NCBI GenBank assembly: GCA_030390025.1
Contig: CM059425.1
Coordinates: 163,310,001-163,374,000 of the forward strand
Length of the DNA: 64,000 bases
From: Squalus acanthias
Taxonomy: Eukaryota
Direction of reading: 5' to 3'
Position 1 is the stretch's first letter. Every line of letters begins with the position of its first letter. A program made the translations under genes and the position numbers. The notes below the pieces were generated by a model, which was not told the origin of the DNA, searched no databases, and saw only the letters and a program-made list of their open reading frames with translations. Of this stretch, positions 37,002-49,729 are shown in pieces.

Positions 37002-39158
37002 AGGGGCTATCAGTGGAAGGGCAATGGCAGACATTTAGAGATCGCATGGATGAACTACAACAATTGTACATCCCGGTCTGGCATAAAAATAAAAAAGGGA
37101 AGGTGGCTCAACCATGGCTAACAAGGGAAATCAGGGATAGTATTAAAACCAAGGAAGTTGCGTACAAATTGGCCAGAAGTAGCAGCAAACCCGGGGACTG
37201 GGAGAACTTCAAAACTCAGCAGAGGAGGACGAAGGGTTTGATTAGGGCAGGGAAAATAAAATATGAAAGGAAGCTTGCAGAGAACATTAAAATGGACTGC
37301 AAAAGCTTCTATAAATATGTAAAAAGAAAGAGGTTAGTAAAAACAAACGTAGGTCCCCTGCAGTCGGAAACAGGGGAAGTCGTAATGGGGAACAAGGAAA
37401 TGGCAGATCAATTGAACAAGTACTTTGGTTCGGTGTTTACTGTGGAGGACACACACAACCTGCCGGAAATAAAAGGGGTCAGAGGATCTGGTAAGAGGGA
37501 GGAGCTGAGGGAAATCCTTATTAGTCGGGAAAAGGTATTGGGGAAATTGATGGGACTGAAGGCTGAAAAATCCCCGGGGCCTGATGGTCTGCATCCCAGA
37601 GTACTTAAGGAGGTGGCCTTGGAAATAGTGGATGCATTGACGATCATTTTCCAACATTCCTTAGACTCTGGATCAGTTCCGATGGAGTGGAGGGTGGCCA
37701 ATGTAACCCCTCTTTTTAAAAAAGGAGGGAGGGAGAAAGCAGGGAATTATAGACCGGTCAGCCTGACATCGGTCGTGGGTAAAATGATGGAAGCAATTAT
37801 TAAAGATGTCATAACAGACCATTTGGAAAGTGGCGACATGATAGGTCCAAGTCAGCATGGATTTGTGAAAGGGAAATCATGCTTGACAAATCTTCTGGAA
37901 TTTTTTGAGGATGTTTCCAATAGGGTGGACAGGGGGGAACCAGTAGATGTGGTGTATTTGGACTTTCAGAAGGCCTTCGACAAGGTCCCACACAAGAGAT
38001 TGGTGAGCAAAGTTAAAGCACATGGGATTGGGGGTAATGTGTTGACGTGGATTGAGAACTGGTTGGCACACAGGAAACAAAGAGTAGGAGTAAATGGGTA
38101 CTTTTCAGAATGGCAGGCAGTGACCAGCGGGGTACCGCAGGGTTCGGTGCTGGGACCCCAGCTGTTTACAGTATATATTAATGATTTGGACGAAGGGATT
38201 AAATGTAATATCTCCAAATTTGCGGATGACACTAAATTGGGAGGCAGTGTGAACAATGAGGAGGATGCTAGGAGGCTACAGAGTGACTTGGACAGGTTGG
38301 GTGAATGGGCAAATGTATGGCAGATGAAGTACAATGTGGATAAATGTGAGGTTATCCACTTTGGTGGTAAAAATAGAGAGGCGGACTATTACCTGAATGG
38401 TGGCAGATTAGGGAAAGGGGACGTGCAATGAGACCTGGGCGTCATGGTACATCAGTCACTGAAGGTGGGAATGCAAGTGCAGCAGGCAGTCAAGAAAGCA
38501 AACGGAATGATGGCCTTCATAGCAAGGGGATTTGAGTACAGGAGTAGGGAGGTGATGCTACAGTTGTACAGGGCCTTGGTGAGGCCACACCTGGAGTATT
38601 GTGCGCAGTTTTGGTCTCCTAACTTAAGGAAGGATATTCTTGCTATTGAGGGAGTGCAGCGAAGGTTCACTAGATTGATTCCTGGGATGGCCGGACTGAC
38701 ATATCAAGAAAGATTGGGTCAACTGAACTTGTATCCTCTGGAGTTCAGAAGAATGAGGGGGGATCTTATAGAGACATTTAAAATCCTGACTGGTTTAGAC
38801 AAATTAGATGTGGGCAGAATGTTCCCAATGGTAGGGAAAACTAGAACCAGGGGTCACAATCTAAGGATTAAGGGGAAGCCATTTAGGACTGAGCTGAGGA
38901 GGAACTTCTTCACCCAGAGAGTGGTGAATCTATGGAATTCTCTTCCACAGAAGGTTGTTGAGGCCAGTTCGCTAAATATATTCAAAAGGGAGTTAGATAT
39001 AACACTCACAACTAAGGGGATCAAGGGGTATGGCGAGAAAGCAGGAATGGGGTACTGAGGTAGCATGTTCAGCCATGAACGCATTGAATGGCGGTGCAGG
39101 CTCGAAGGACCGAATGGTCTACTCCTGTACCTATTTTCTATGTTTCTATGTTTCTATG
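37002..39158 (+). mobile_element. Young 5'-truncated CR1 (HER1-like); RT ORF broken by one stop
   Basis: ORF 37013-38431 (472 aa) continues in frame after a single TGA into 38444-39058; (TTTCTATG)n tail. Confidence 0.95.
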
Positions 39159-39849
39159 TTGACATCCCTCCTAGAGAGGAGGTCTATGAGCCTCTGCCAT
39201 TTGTTCTCCGTAGATAGCATGTGCTCATGTGAAATGGCCATCCTTTCCATGGAAGAGCCTACCGTCACCATCGCCTGTGACACAGTGGTGGTCATGTTGG
39301 AGATGGACTCCTCCATTCTCTGGACATTGGTAGTCATCGCGGCTGCAAAACTTGTCAGAGCCTCATGCAGTTCTTCCTACACCTCCAGGACCGCCCTCTT
39401 TCTTGATGGCCCCCGAGGCTGAGCGTCTGCATGCAGCTGAGCAGAGCTTGGAACGTCCTGCACCCTCGGCGAGGAGTCTCCACTGCTGTCCCTGTCTCCA
39501 CCATCTACTCTTGCTCACTTGTGACTTGTGAGACACCAGGTGACAACACTACTCTATTTCGCGTAGGACCCACCGAGGTGTGCGTATCTGCGCTGGTGCT
39601 GGGTGTGCCTATGTCTGGTGACGGTTCACCCTCAGAGGCTGGAGGCTCCTCTGAGGAGTCGTCTTCCTCTTCTGCCTGGACAGTGGGGGGGGGGGGGGGA
39701 TGCCCTTGATGGACCTGTGGGAGAGTAAAGAGATGATTTAGAAATGTGATATTAAAATTGGGTAACGATACCAATAGGCACATGATGAACATTCACTGAC
39801 TGCTGACATCAGTCCCCATATGAGTGACTGCTGTATGCTATGTGACTAT

Positions 39850-42400
39850 GGGGCGAGTTGGCTAAGGTAGATTGGAAAAATAGATTAAGAGGTATGGCGG
39901 TAGATAAGCAGTGGCAAGCATTTAAAGAAATATTTCATAATTCTCAACAAAAATACATTCCATTGAGAAACAAAAACTCCACGGGAAAAGTGATCCAACC
40001 GTGGCTAACTAAAGAAGTTAAGGATAGCATTAGATTGAAAGAAGAAGCTTATAATGTTGCAACAAATAATAGTAAGCCTGAGGATTGGGAGAGTTTCAGA
40101 AACCAGCAAAGGTTGACCAAAAAATTGATAAAAGGGGAAAACTAGCAAGAAATATAAAAGCAGATTGTAAGAGTTTCTACAAGTATGTAAAAAGGAAGAG
40201 ACTAGCAAAAGTAAACGTTGGTCCCTTAGAGGCTGAGACAGGAGAAATTATTATGAGGAATAAGGAAATGGCAGAAATGTTAAACAAATATTTTGTATCT
40301 GTCTTCACAGTAGAAGACACAAAAAGCATACTAAAAATGGTGGGGAACCAAGGGTCTAATGAGGGTGAGGAACTTAAAGTAATTAATGTAAGTAGAGAAA
40401 AAGTACTAGAAAAAGCAATGGGACTAAAAGCCGACAAATCCCCTGGTCCTGACGGCCTACACCTTAGGGTTCTACAGTGGATGCATTGGTTTTGATCTTC
40501 CAAAATTCCCTAGATTCTGGAATGGTACCAGTGGATTGGAAGGTCGCAAATGTAACACCGCTATTCAAGAAAGGAGGGAGAGAAAAAACAGGGAACTACA
40601 TGCCAGTTAGCCTGACATCAGTCATCGGGAAAATACTGGAATCCATTGTTAAGGAAGTGGTATCAAGTCACTTAGAAAATCATAACATGATTAGGCAGAG
40701 CCAACATGGTTTTATGAAAGGGAAATCGTGTTTGACAAATTTATTAGAGTTTTTTGAGGATGTAACCAGCAGGGTATATAAAGGGGAACCAGTAGATGTA
40801 GTATATTTGGATTTCCAAAAGGCATTTGATAAGGTGCCACATAAAAGGTTATTACACAAGAATAGGGCTCATGGGGTTGGAGGTAATATAGTAGCCTGGA
40901 TAGAGGATTGGTTAACGGACAGAAAACAGAGAGTAGGGATAAATGGATCTTTTTCAGGTTGACAGGCTGCAACTAGTGGGGTGCCGCAAGGATCAGTGTT
41001 GGGGCCTCAGCTATTTACAATCTATATTAATGACCTAGATGAAGGGACTGAGTGTAATGTATCCAAGTTTGCTGATGATACAAAGCTAGGTGGGACAGTA
41101 AGCTGTGAGGAGTACACAAAGAGTATGCAAAGGGATATAGATAGACTAAGTGAGTGGGCAGTAAGGTGGCAGATGGAATATAATGTAAGGAAATGTGAGG
41201 TAGGAAGAATAGAAAAACAGAATGTTTTTTAAATGGTGAGAAACTTTCAAATGTTGGTGTTCAGAGAGATTTGGGTGTCTTCGTGCAAAAAACACAGTAA
41301 GTTAGTATGCAGGTACAGCAAGCAATAAGGAAGGCAAATAGCATGTTGGCCTTTATTGCAAGGGGGATGGAGTATATGAGTAAGGAAAAGAAAGACTTGC
41401 ATTTATATAGCGCCTTTCAAAGCCACCGGACATCTCAAAGCGCTTGACAGCTTCTGGAGTGTAGTCACTGTTGTAATGTAGCAGCCAATTTGCACACAGC
41501 AAACTCCCACAAACAGCAATGTGATAATGACCAGATAATCTGTTTTTGTTACGGGATAAATATTGGCCAGGACTCCAGGAATAACTCCACTGCTCTTCTT
41601 CGAAATAGTGCCATGGGATCTTTTACATCCACCTGAGAGAGAAGACGGGGCCTCAGTTTAACACCTCATCCGAAAGACAGCACCGCACTATACTGGAGTG
41701 TCAGCTTAGATTTATGTGCTCAAGTTGCATGGCGTGGGACTTGAACCCACAACCTTCTGACTCAGAGGCGAGTGTGCTACCAACTGAGCCACAGCTGACA
41801 CTCAAGTCTTGTTACAATTGTACAGGGCCTTGGTGAGACCACACCTGGAATACTGTGCAGTTTTGGTCTCCTTATCTAAGGAAGGATATACTTGCCTTGG
41901 AGGCGGTGCAATGAAGGTTCACTAGATTGATTCCTGGGATGAGAGGGCTGTCCTATGATGAGAGATTGTGTAGCATGGGCCTATACTTTCTGGAGTTTAG
42001 AAGAATGAGAGGTGATCTCATTGAAACATACAAGATTCTGAAGGGGATTGACAGGGTAGATGCTGAAAGGTTGTTTCCCCTGGCTGGAGTGTCTAGAACT
42101 AGGGGGCATAGTCTCAGGATAAGGGGTAGGCCATTTAAGACTGAGATGAGGAAGAACTTCTTCACTCAGAGGGTTGTGAATCTTTGGAATTCTCTGCCCC
42201 AGATGGCTGTGCATGCTGTTTCTTTGAGTATATTCAAGGCTGAGATAGATAGATTTTTGGACTCCAGGGGAATCAAGGGATATGGAGATCGGGCAGGAAA
42301 GTGGATGAGGTCGATGATCAGCCATGATCTTATTGAATGGTGGAGCAGGCTCGAGGGGCCATATGGCCTACTTCTGCTCTTATTTCTTATGTTCTTATGT
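39850..42400 (+). mobile_element. CR1 (HER1-like), 5'-truncated, degenerate, interrupted by a SINE
   Basis: [47 protein letters not shown]..; tail TTCTTATGTTCTTATG. Confidence 0.9.
41386..41802 (-). mobile_element. Near full-length tRNA-derived SINE with Deu-type central domain and L2-like tail (SacSINE1/DeuSINE-like)
   Basis: Minus strand: A box TGGCTCAGTTGG, B box GGTTCAAGTCC, core CAGGTGGATGTAAAAGATCCCATGGCACTATTTCGAAGAAGAGCAG..TCCTGGCCAATATTTATCC, tail GGCGCTATATAAATGCAAGTCTTTC. Confidence 0.8.
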
Positions 42401-42939
42401 ATGAGATGTAATTCTGTCACCAGGTTGCTGAGCGGTCCCCTTCTCTCTGTCTCCCACCTCCAGCTGCTCTGCATTCTGGAGACCTCCAGGGCCCCCTCCT
42501 CTGCTGATGTCAACGTGGTGAATGATGGAGGGCCACCTCCGGTTCTCTCCCTCTCCCTCTTAGTGTGGGCTCTCTTCTCCTGCAAGGAGGGAAAGAAAAG
42601 AGAAGTTTGAGTGAGGGGCTAACAATTTTCTAGGCCTAGACCTCTAAAATCTAGAATTCCATTCGTTTTTTTTACAATCTGAGGTGCAGCCTTTAATATC
42701 CTGTAACTCTGCAGCGGTTCAAGAAGGCGGCTCACCACCACCTTCTCAAGGGCAATTAGGGATGGGCAATAAATGCTGGCCTTGCCAGCGATGCTCAGAT
42801 CCCATGAATTAATAAATAAAATAAAAAAATCTGTAGCCCTAAATCCCTTTTGCTCTTCCACAGCACTTACCCTATTTTCATTCATAGTATAATTACTGCT
42901 ATTAATTTTTTTTAACCAAAATGTTTCACCTCACATTTA

Positions 42940-43224
42940 CAGTAAACTCTTTCTTATCCGGCACCTATGGGACCAGGATGGTGCCGGTTGATGAAAAATT
43001 CTGGATAACAGAGAGGTATACCTACCACGGTGCTGCTTTTCCACTCACCATCACCACTGACTAACTCGGCCACCGCGGGAAACTCGGATTCGGCAAAACG
43101 AGTGCTGGATGGATTCGGCAAGATTACCGGTTATTGAGGCGTTGTTTTGTATTGAGATATATCTATTTTGCCGGTTATTAAAGTATTCCGGATGATAAAG
43201 TGCCGTTTAAACAAGAGTTTACTG
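42940..43224. mobile_element. Tc1/mariner (pogo/Tigger-like) MITE
   Basis: TA|CAGTAAACTCT...AGAGTTTACTG|TA. Confidence 0.8.
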
Positions 43225-43279
43225 TACTGATATTGAATTCCATCTGCCACATTTTAGGCCATTCCTCCATATAATCAAT

Positions 43280-46200
43280 GACCTAGAAATTCGGGTGTTT
43301 AGTGCCGGCCGTTGAGGCCTGTTTTGATGAAAAAAATGGCGGCCGACTTGCTTCCGCCCGCTTCCGGTGGGTCCCGCGGTGGCTGCCATTTTGGGGAGAT
43401 CGGCAGCGCTGCCGTTGTCAGTGCTCGCTGCAGAAATGAAAATGAGGCAGATCGTGACGTTAATGAGTGTGCAATGCCGATTTGAAGCACGATCTGTCAT
43501 TTTCGTCGTCGCCACGCCACTTACCGCCTTCTGTTAATCACGACCAGCTGACCAAGTGTTCAGCAACAGGAAGGACCCCCACCAGCGCTATTTAAAGGGA
43601 CCATCATCAACAACTTGCAGCTGACATGGTTTCTCAGTTTTACTGCCTCTGTCTAAGTTTCTGCAACTCTTGCAGCTTTCTAAACTTCTTTAAAGTTGCT
43701 GAGGTCACAGGGAGTGTTGCTACAAGTGGAGAACGCCTTGATTCTCATTTAAAGGCTTCTGCTAACACCACTTGCAGTCCCCATCGCGCTCGAGTATCTT
43801 CGGGAGAGGGAGCGGAGGCAGCGAAGAAGAGAAGATGATTGCAGAGGGAGGAGGAGGAGGGCCAGGAGGGCTCTCAACAGAGGCCTTACCCACCTAGGTC
43901 TTCTGAGAGCACTTCTCTTACCTCCACTTAAGCAAGTAGCAGTGTATTAGGAGGCCCCGCTTCACCAAGGAGGTGGTCACAGAACTCTGCCACCTCCTGC
44001 AACCAGACCTGCAGCCTCAGAGCAGGGTGACGACGGCTCTCCCAGTGGCCCTCAAGGTCACCATGGCCCTCAATTTCTTCGGCAGCAGATCCTTCCAACC
44101 TGCAGCAGGAGACATAGTTACCATCTCCCAAATCGTCATCCATCGCTGTGTCCAGGAGGTCCCACAGGCTTTCTACTCCAGAAGGGACTTCATTGTCTTC
44201 TCTCTGAACAGAGAGACGCAGGATGAGCACGCATGTGGCTTTGCCAGGATAGCGGGCTTCCCCATGGTGCAGGGTACCATCGACTGCCCACACGAGGCTT
44301 TGCGGCCACCGTCTACCAATCCTGAGATCTTCCATAACCGCAAAGGCTACCACTCACTTAATGTGCAGTTGTTGTGCGACCGCACCCAGTGCATCCTGGT
44401 GGTCAATGCTCGCTATCCTGGCAGCAGTCATGATGCCATCATCCTGTGCCAGTCTGGTGTGTCAGCAATCTTCCAGCCACCACGTCAGACCTGAGGGTGG
44501 CTGCTCGAAGACAAGGGCTATCCGCTCTGCACCTGGCTGATGACTCCCCTCTGCAACCCCACCTGTTTCCAGCACTCATATAATGACAGCCATACTGCCA
44601 TGAGGAACCTTATAGTGCCCCATCGGGCTGCTAAAGCAATGGTTCTACTGCCTTGACTGCTTGGGGAGCCCTCCAGTACTCGCCGGAGCGGATGTCCCAT
44701 TTTGCGGTGGTCTGCTGCATACTCCACAATTTGGCCATCAGAAGGAGGAGGAGGCAGGAGGAGGAAGAGGACAAGAAGGAGGAAGAGAAAGAAGAAGAAG
44801 AGGAGGAAGGGAGGAGGCAGGCAGAAAATCTCCGTTCCAGACAGGCCTCTGTGAGTGCCTCATCGGACTCTGATTCCAGTGAATGAAACCCCAGATTCCC
44901 GTTGCTCACCACTCCCCCATCATACCATCCTCTGTCATGGGACATCAGAGTGTCCTCCTGGGCACAAAGCTGAAATAAGAGTCACCACAGAACACACATT
45001 CCACACAAAAATCATAAATTTATCCAAATGCAATCAAAATGACAATATCAACTATTCACCCGTGTGCATTCCTTTAGTGTCTGCCTTTCTTGTGCCTTTA
45101 CCTACTCTAGTGCTCCTATGCACTGCTCCCTCAGTGGCTGCAGCATGGCTGGTGGATGGCTGCTGACTTTCAGTGGGGGAGACTGCAGATGGCCTTGCAC
45201 AACAACCTCAAGCAGCTGTGGCCCTAGAAGGCTCACCTTGGCAAGGGCGGCAGCAGTCTGGGCTGGCTGGCTGATCGGCAGCGGCAAGGACAATGGCGGA
45301 GTGGCAGTGGTGTCATCCTGAGAGAGGACAGCAGGTTCTTGCTCCACTGACCCACTGCCAGTCCCCCGGGGTGGCATCTCAGCATTCCTAGCAATCTGTT
45401 GGAGGACAGATTGCTGGCCTGCTACGATACCCTGCAAGCTCCTTTTGAGACTCGTAAACCCAGCAACGATGGCAGCAGTCTGAGATTCCACTGCAGCACT
45501 AAGACATTGGGTCGCTATCGCCTGTGCTGCAATGGAAGCCGCGACATCGCCCACCACACACTGTATCATGGTTGGGTCCACAAAGTCTCTCCTGGAAATG
45601 ATGGACTCCAAGCTCTGTGCAAAGCCCCGTGCAATGTTGCAGCCTGAATCCTCCATGCTCCTTCACACTGCAAGAGCCTCCCTAGCAGGCTTGCCATTGC
45701 ACCAAGCATTTCGGTGTGCATGCCCATCACACTTGTTCGGAAGGCCGCCCCATCGAGTTCATCATCTGAGTCCTGTGGAGCAGAACTCATGCGCGAACTC
45801 GCCCTCTGGGGAGCTGGCCCCCGAGCTATTCTTTCCCCTGGCCTGGTTGCAGCCCACTCATGCCTGCTGACTCACCACGTGCAGATCCTGCCTCTATACT
45901 ACCCTCTAAAGTCCGCGCAGTGCCATTTTCTGAGCTGGTGTCTGCGAGTGTCAAATGCAGTGCCAGTGTCTCTTCTTCTTCTTGTTTGTCTCCTCCTTCA
46001 GTTTGCTCAGAATTAAGGACAGGCTGGCCTGCTGGCAGTTCTTGGGTATCTGAAATCGGAAAGGCACAAGGGTCGGGTTGTGGTGAGGGGAGGGGAGGGA
46101 AAGCAAGATATCCATCCATACACTGCCAGCAACTTGTAAGTGAGAAGAGATTGTGGGATGAGGGGGAAATGGGATGTGAGAAGAAGGATTAGGCATGACC

Positions 46201-47063
46201 ATGCCATCATCATCAGCAACGGTTTCAACTTCTCTGCTGGCCAAGGATTCTGTCACTCCCCCTCCAATAATTTCAAGCATGGATTCCTCCAGGTTGGTCA
46301 GGCTCTCTATTGTAGCTTGGCCGCCTCCAATCCGCTGTTGCTCCCTCCTGTTATGTGCCACCTTGCCCTGCAAGGGAAAGGGAAGTGTGTGAGTGAGTGT
46401 AGTGCAGTGTTTGGGTGATGTGCCTGCCATAGTTGAATAGCTCTCAGTGTGTGCAAGATGTGAGATGTGGGTGTGAGTGTTGCAGCAGTGGTAAGGTTGT
46501 GAGGGTGAAGTGAAGCCATGATTGTGAGGTCTGAGTGGTGATAACTAGAGATTGCTGGTAGGTGAGTGATGGGGGTGTGGTGCACTGAACAGTGTGTGAG
46601 GCTGGTGGTGCAGATGGTGGGATATGGCATTTGCTGAATCCTTCCCTCACCTTAACCAGCTGTGTGAGGTCATTAATCTTCATGTAAATGGCCCTGGATG
46701 GCCTCTTGCCTCCCTGCTGGTAGAGGACCCCCAGGACCAAAACCTCCAGTGCAGCATCTGAAAACCTTCTTGCTCGCTCCAGAGTTAGAATGAGGTGCTT
46801 TTGCAGAAAAGCACGTCACCTTTAAGTAGTGCAGAGAGCCTAGGCCAAACTTTATTGGCCATTAGACTGTACCCGATATTGGCACCCCAGTTCAGCGCTA
46901 AGCCAATCAGCAACACGTTTAGCACTGAGATCAGCGCTCCAATCATTATAATGAACTGGCAACAGGGATTTTACTTGCTGCCTGCGCCACTTAGAACGGA
47001 CGCAGGCAAATAGCACTGGCGCATGACATCGCCCATTTTCGGGCCTTATCCAATTTCTAGGCC
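43280..47063. mobile_element. Complete but degenerate two-gene Harbinger transposon (3784 bp)
   Basis: TIR GACCTAGAAATT / AATTTCTAGGCC, TSD AAT (43277-43279, 47064-47066). Transposase + ~43780-44885 (GTIDCPH, PGSSHDAIIL, stops and frameshifts). Convergent spliced Myb-type gene - ~45100-46790 (donor 46650, acceptor 46368). Confidence 0.9.
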
Positions 47064-47291
47064 AATAAGCCCTTTGCAGCTTCCTTCGGTTGTCTAAAGA
47101 ATTAACTATATCTCCTATTTTGGTACCATCTGCACATTTTGAAACCACTCCCTCTAGGCCTATTTCTAAACCATAATGTACCCAGTGAACAGAAGTGGCC
47201 CTAAAACTGAATGCTGTGGGACATCACTATCCACTTCCAACCACTCTGAAAAATTGCCCTTAACTCCTGCTCTCCGTTTTCTCCTTCCTAC

Positions 47292-47968
47292 AGCAACAAC
47301 AACTTGTATTTATATAGTGCCTTTAATGTAGTTAAACGTCCCAAGGCGCTTCACAGGAGTATTATAAGGCAAACAATTTGACACCGAACCACATAAGAGT
47401 AATTAGGGCAGGTGACCAAAAGCTTGGTCAAAGAGGTAGGTTTTAAGGAACGTCTTTAAGGAGGAAAGAGAGGTAGAGAGGTGCAGAGGTTTAGGGAGGG
47501 AATTCCAGAGCTTAGGGCCTAGGCAACAGAAGGCATGGCCACCAATGGTTGAACGATTATAATCAGATGCTCAAGATGGCAGAATTAGAGGAGCGCAGAT
47601 ATCTCGGGGGGTTGTGGGGCTGAAGGAGATTACAGAGATAGGGAGTGGCGAGGCCATGAAGAGATTTGAAAACAAGGATGAGAATTTTGAAATCGAGGCA
47701 TTGCTTAACTGGGAGCCAATGTAGGTCAGCGAGCACAGGGGTGATGGGTGAACGAGACTTGGTGCGAGATAGGACACGGGCAGCCGAGTTTTGGATGACC
47801 TCAAGTTTACACAGGGTAGAATGTGGGAGGCCAGCCAGGAGTGCGTTGGAATAGTCAAGTGTTGAAGTAACAAAGACATAGCGGAGGGTTTCAGCAGCGG
47901 ATGAGCTGAGGCAAAGGTGGAGACGGGCGATGTTATGGAGATGGAAATAGGTGGTCTTAGTTATGCCT
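47292..47968 (-). mobile_element. L2 LINE 3' fragment
   Basis: TKTTYFHLHNIARL..STLDYSNALLAGLP..IQNSAARVL..LHWLPVKQ..FKILILVFK; (TTG)n tail. Confidence 0.9.
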
Positions 47969-48080
47969 AATTTAACCAAATTTAATCTGGTTTGCTATCA
48001 TCTCCCTAATTCAATATCCATTAATCTTCGAAAATAATCTTCTGCGAGGTCTTTACCATTAATGTTACACACTAACTAAC

Positions 48081-49380
48081 CTAAGGTGGCTTTGATCAGC
48101 AGCTTCCTGTGATATTGGGAGCAACTGTGAATTATGTTTTTCAGTTCCTCTGAGCTGTGCTTCCCCCTTTTATGGACAAAGGTCTCTGAGTACTGTTTGG
48201 TCAGAAGAGTGGCTGGACGAAAGGTTTCTGTGCGCCCGTGTTTGAAGGCAGCGGTGCTACAGGACTCATAAGTAGGAACAGTTTTCCCATGCTGCTGGAG
48301 GAAGGCCATCCGAAAAGCCAGCTGCACCATTGCATCTGGACTTAAATTCTGCTCAGCTATGAAATTCTTTCCAAACTTCCTATATTCCAGTTGTCCAACT
48401 CCCAGGGATTTTCTCGTGTGCTCGAATGTTTCCCGTGCCTTACTGACCGCTGCTTTCACGGACTCGTTCAGCTTGAACTCAAGTTTCCGAACAGCTGCAG
48501 ATGAGTCTGATGAAGTGGGTTCTGTCTTGGGGCTGATAGCTGGAGTTGTTGTAGTGTAAGGACTCCTCCAGAAACCACAGCACAGACACACCATCCCCCC
48601 CAAGAGTGTTCAAAGTTGATGGCAGATGCCCCGTTCTTAGTAATGATCAAACTGAAGGATTTGTCAAACCAGCAGTTTGCACCGTACCCATGGAGCATCG
48701 TGTGGGTGAGTTCAGTTTCATTCTCAACCCAACTGTCATCCAGGCAGAGACAGAAAATGGCACCTTCCACTTGTTGCAAGCTCTCTCTGTTCCCCGGGTC
48801 CACCAACTCCTGCCTCACTTTTGCTCAAGTATCCCTATTTTCAGTTGTCAGGTAACCCAGTGGGAACTCTGGAGGAGGGCTCTCCCTCTGGAGGATATAC
48901 TGAAGGCATTTCTGGATTTCTGATGGGTGGAGAATATCACCACAGTTGTCCAGCACATCAAAGACGTGAAAATGGCCATTTCTCATCACTAGCAAATGCT
49001 TGGGTTGCTCCGATGTCTGAAGCTCATCCTTGTCCAATTTGGGGATCCTGGTGGTGTTAAACAGATCAATGTACTGAGACATATCCAAAGAATAAGCACT
49101 GGCCAGGTAGGCTCCATACCAGGAAAGTCTGGAGGGAAGCAAGCTGACCATTCTTTTGAATGTATTAGTTTCGCTCCACTTCGGTTTCATTTGAAATATA
49201 TCTGGTGCCAAATAACTGCTCTTTAGTGTTTTGAGAAACCTTAAAGCTGAGATGACCAGATTTGTGGTTCAAACAAGTTGATTATTGTATTTGGGTTTGG
49301 GGTCAAAGTGTAGACTGATGAAAGGATTGTAGTTGAAAACAAGAGGTTCTCTTGTGTTAGATACTTGTTGTACCAGAGAC
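48081..49380 (-). pseudogene. CPT2: CPT2-like large exon (exon 4 equivalent, 1300 bp)
   Basis: ttttcag|GT CTC TGG TAC ... ACC TTA G|gttagt. Motifs SWYGAYL..LDMSQY, FCLCLDD, WFDKSF, FEHSWG(DG), LSPDAMVQLAF, TYESCSTAAFKHGRTET. Lesions: frameshift ~49356, TGA 49269-49271, TGA 48825-48827, extra G in run 48595-48601, frameshift ~48560. Confidence 0.95.
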
Positions 49381-49729
49381 CTGAAAAAGAGGACATAACA
49401 AAAAGGTTATTTTACATTTTATCAATAGCTGACAGTTACTGATCACTATGACTAGAATGCCATGGATCACTTTCCCTACTTTGTGTTAGGATTTTATTTT
49501 CTCTGACCAAATTTGGTTTTATTCAGTGGACTTTAAAGATTTTACTCTGTAGAAGTACAGAAATGATTTAGATGCCTATTATTGAAGCAACCTAACAAGC
49601 ATATAAGATTCCCAAATCACTGTAACTCCCTTCATCAGTCATAAAAGGGGACAATAAGGAGTGCTAATTTAGGTTAAATATCAATGTAGTCTATGGTAGC
49701 AAATGATAACAAACATATAAGTTGAATTA

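Larger units (their letters stand above)
34585..42618. mobile_element. Degenerate Harbinger transposon (transposase + at ~35113-36330; Myb-type partner -) split by two CR1 insertions
   Basis: Left terminus [71 protein letters not shown] in shifting frames. Partner pieces at ~36650-37000, 39159-39850 and 42400-42618 (EKRAHTKRERERTGGGPP). Right terminus not found. Confidence 0.8.
42620..48060 (-). mobile_element. Old CR1 remnant (pieces ~42620-43276, 47064-47290, 47975-48060) hosting a Tigger-like MITE, a Harbinger, an L2 and a short family-B LINE tail
   Basis: Minus-strand VSKCADGTKIG..RKLQRA across the Harbinger junction; ENRVSAVEEQ.., IVKKTNGIL. Confidence 0.6.
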
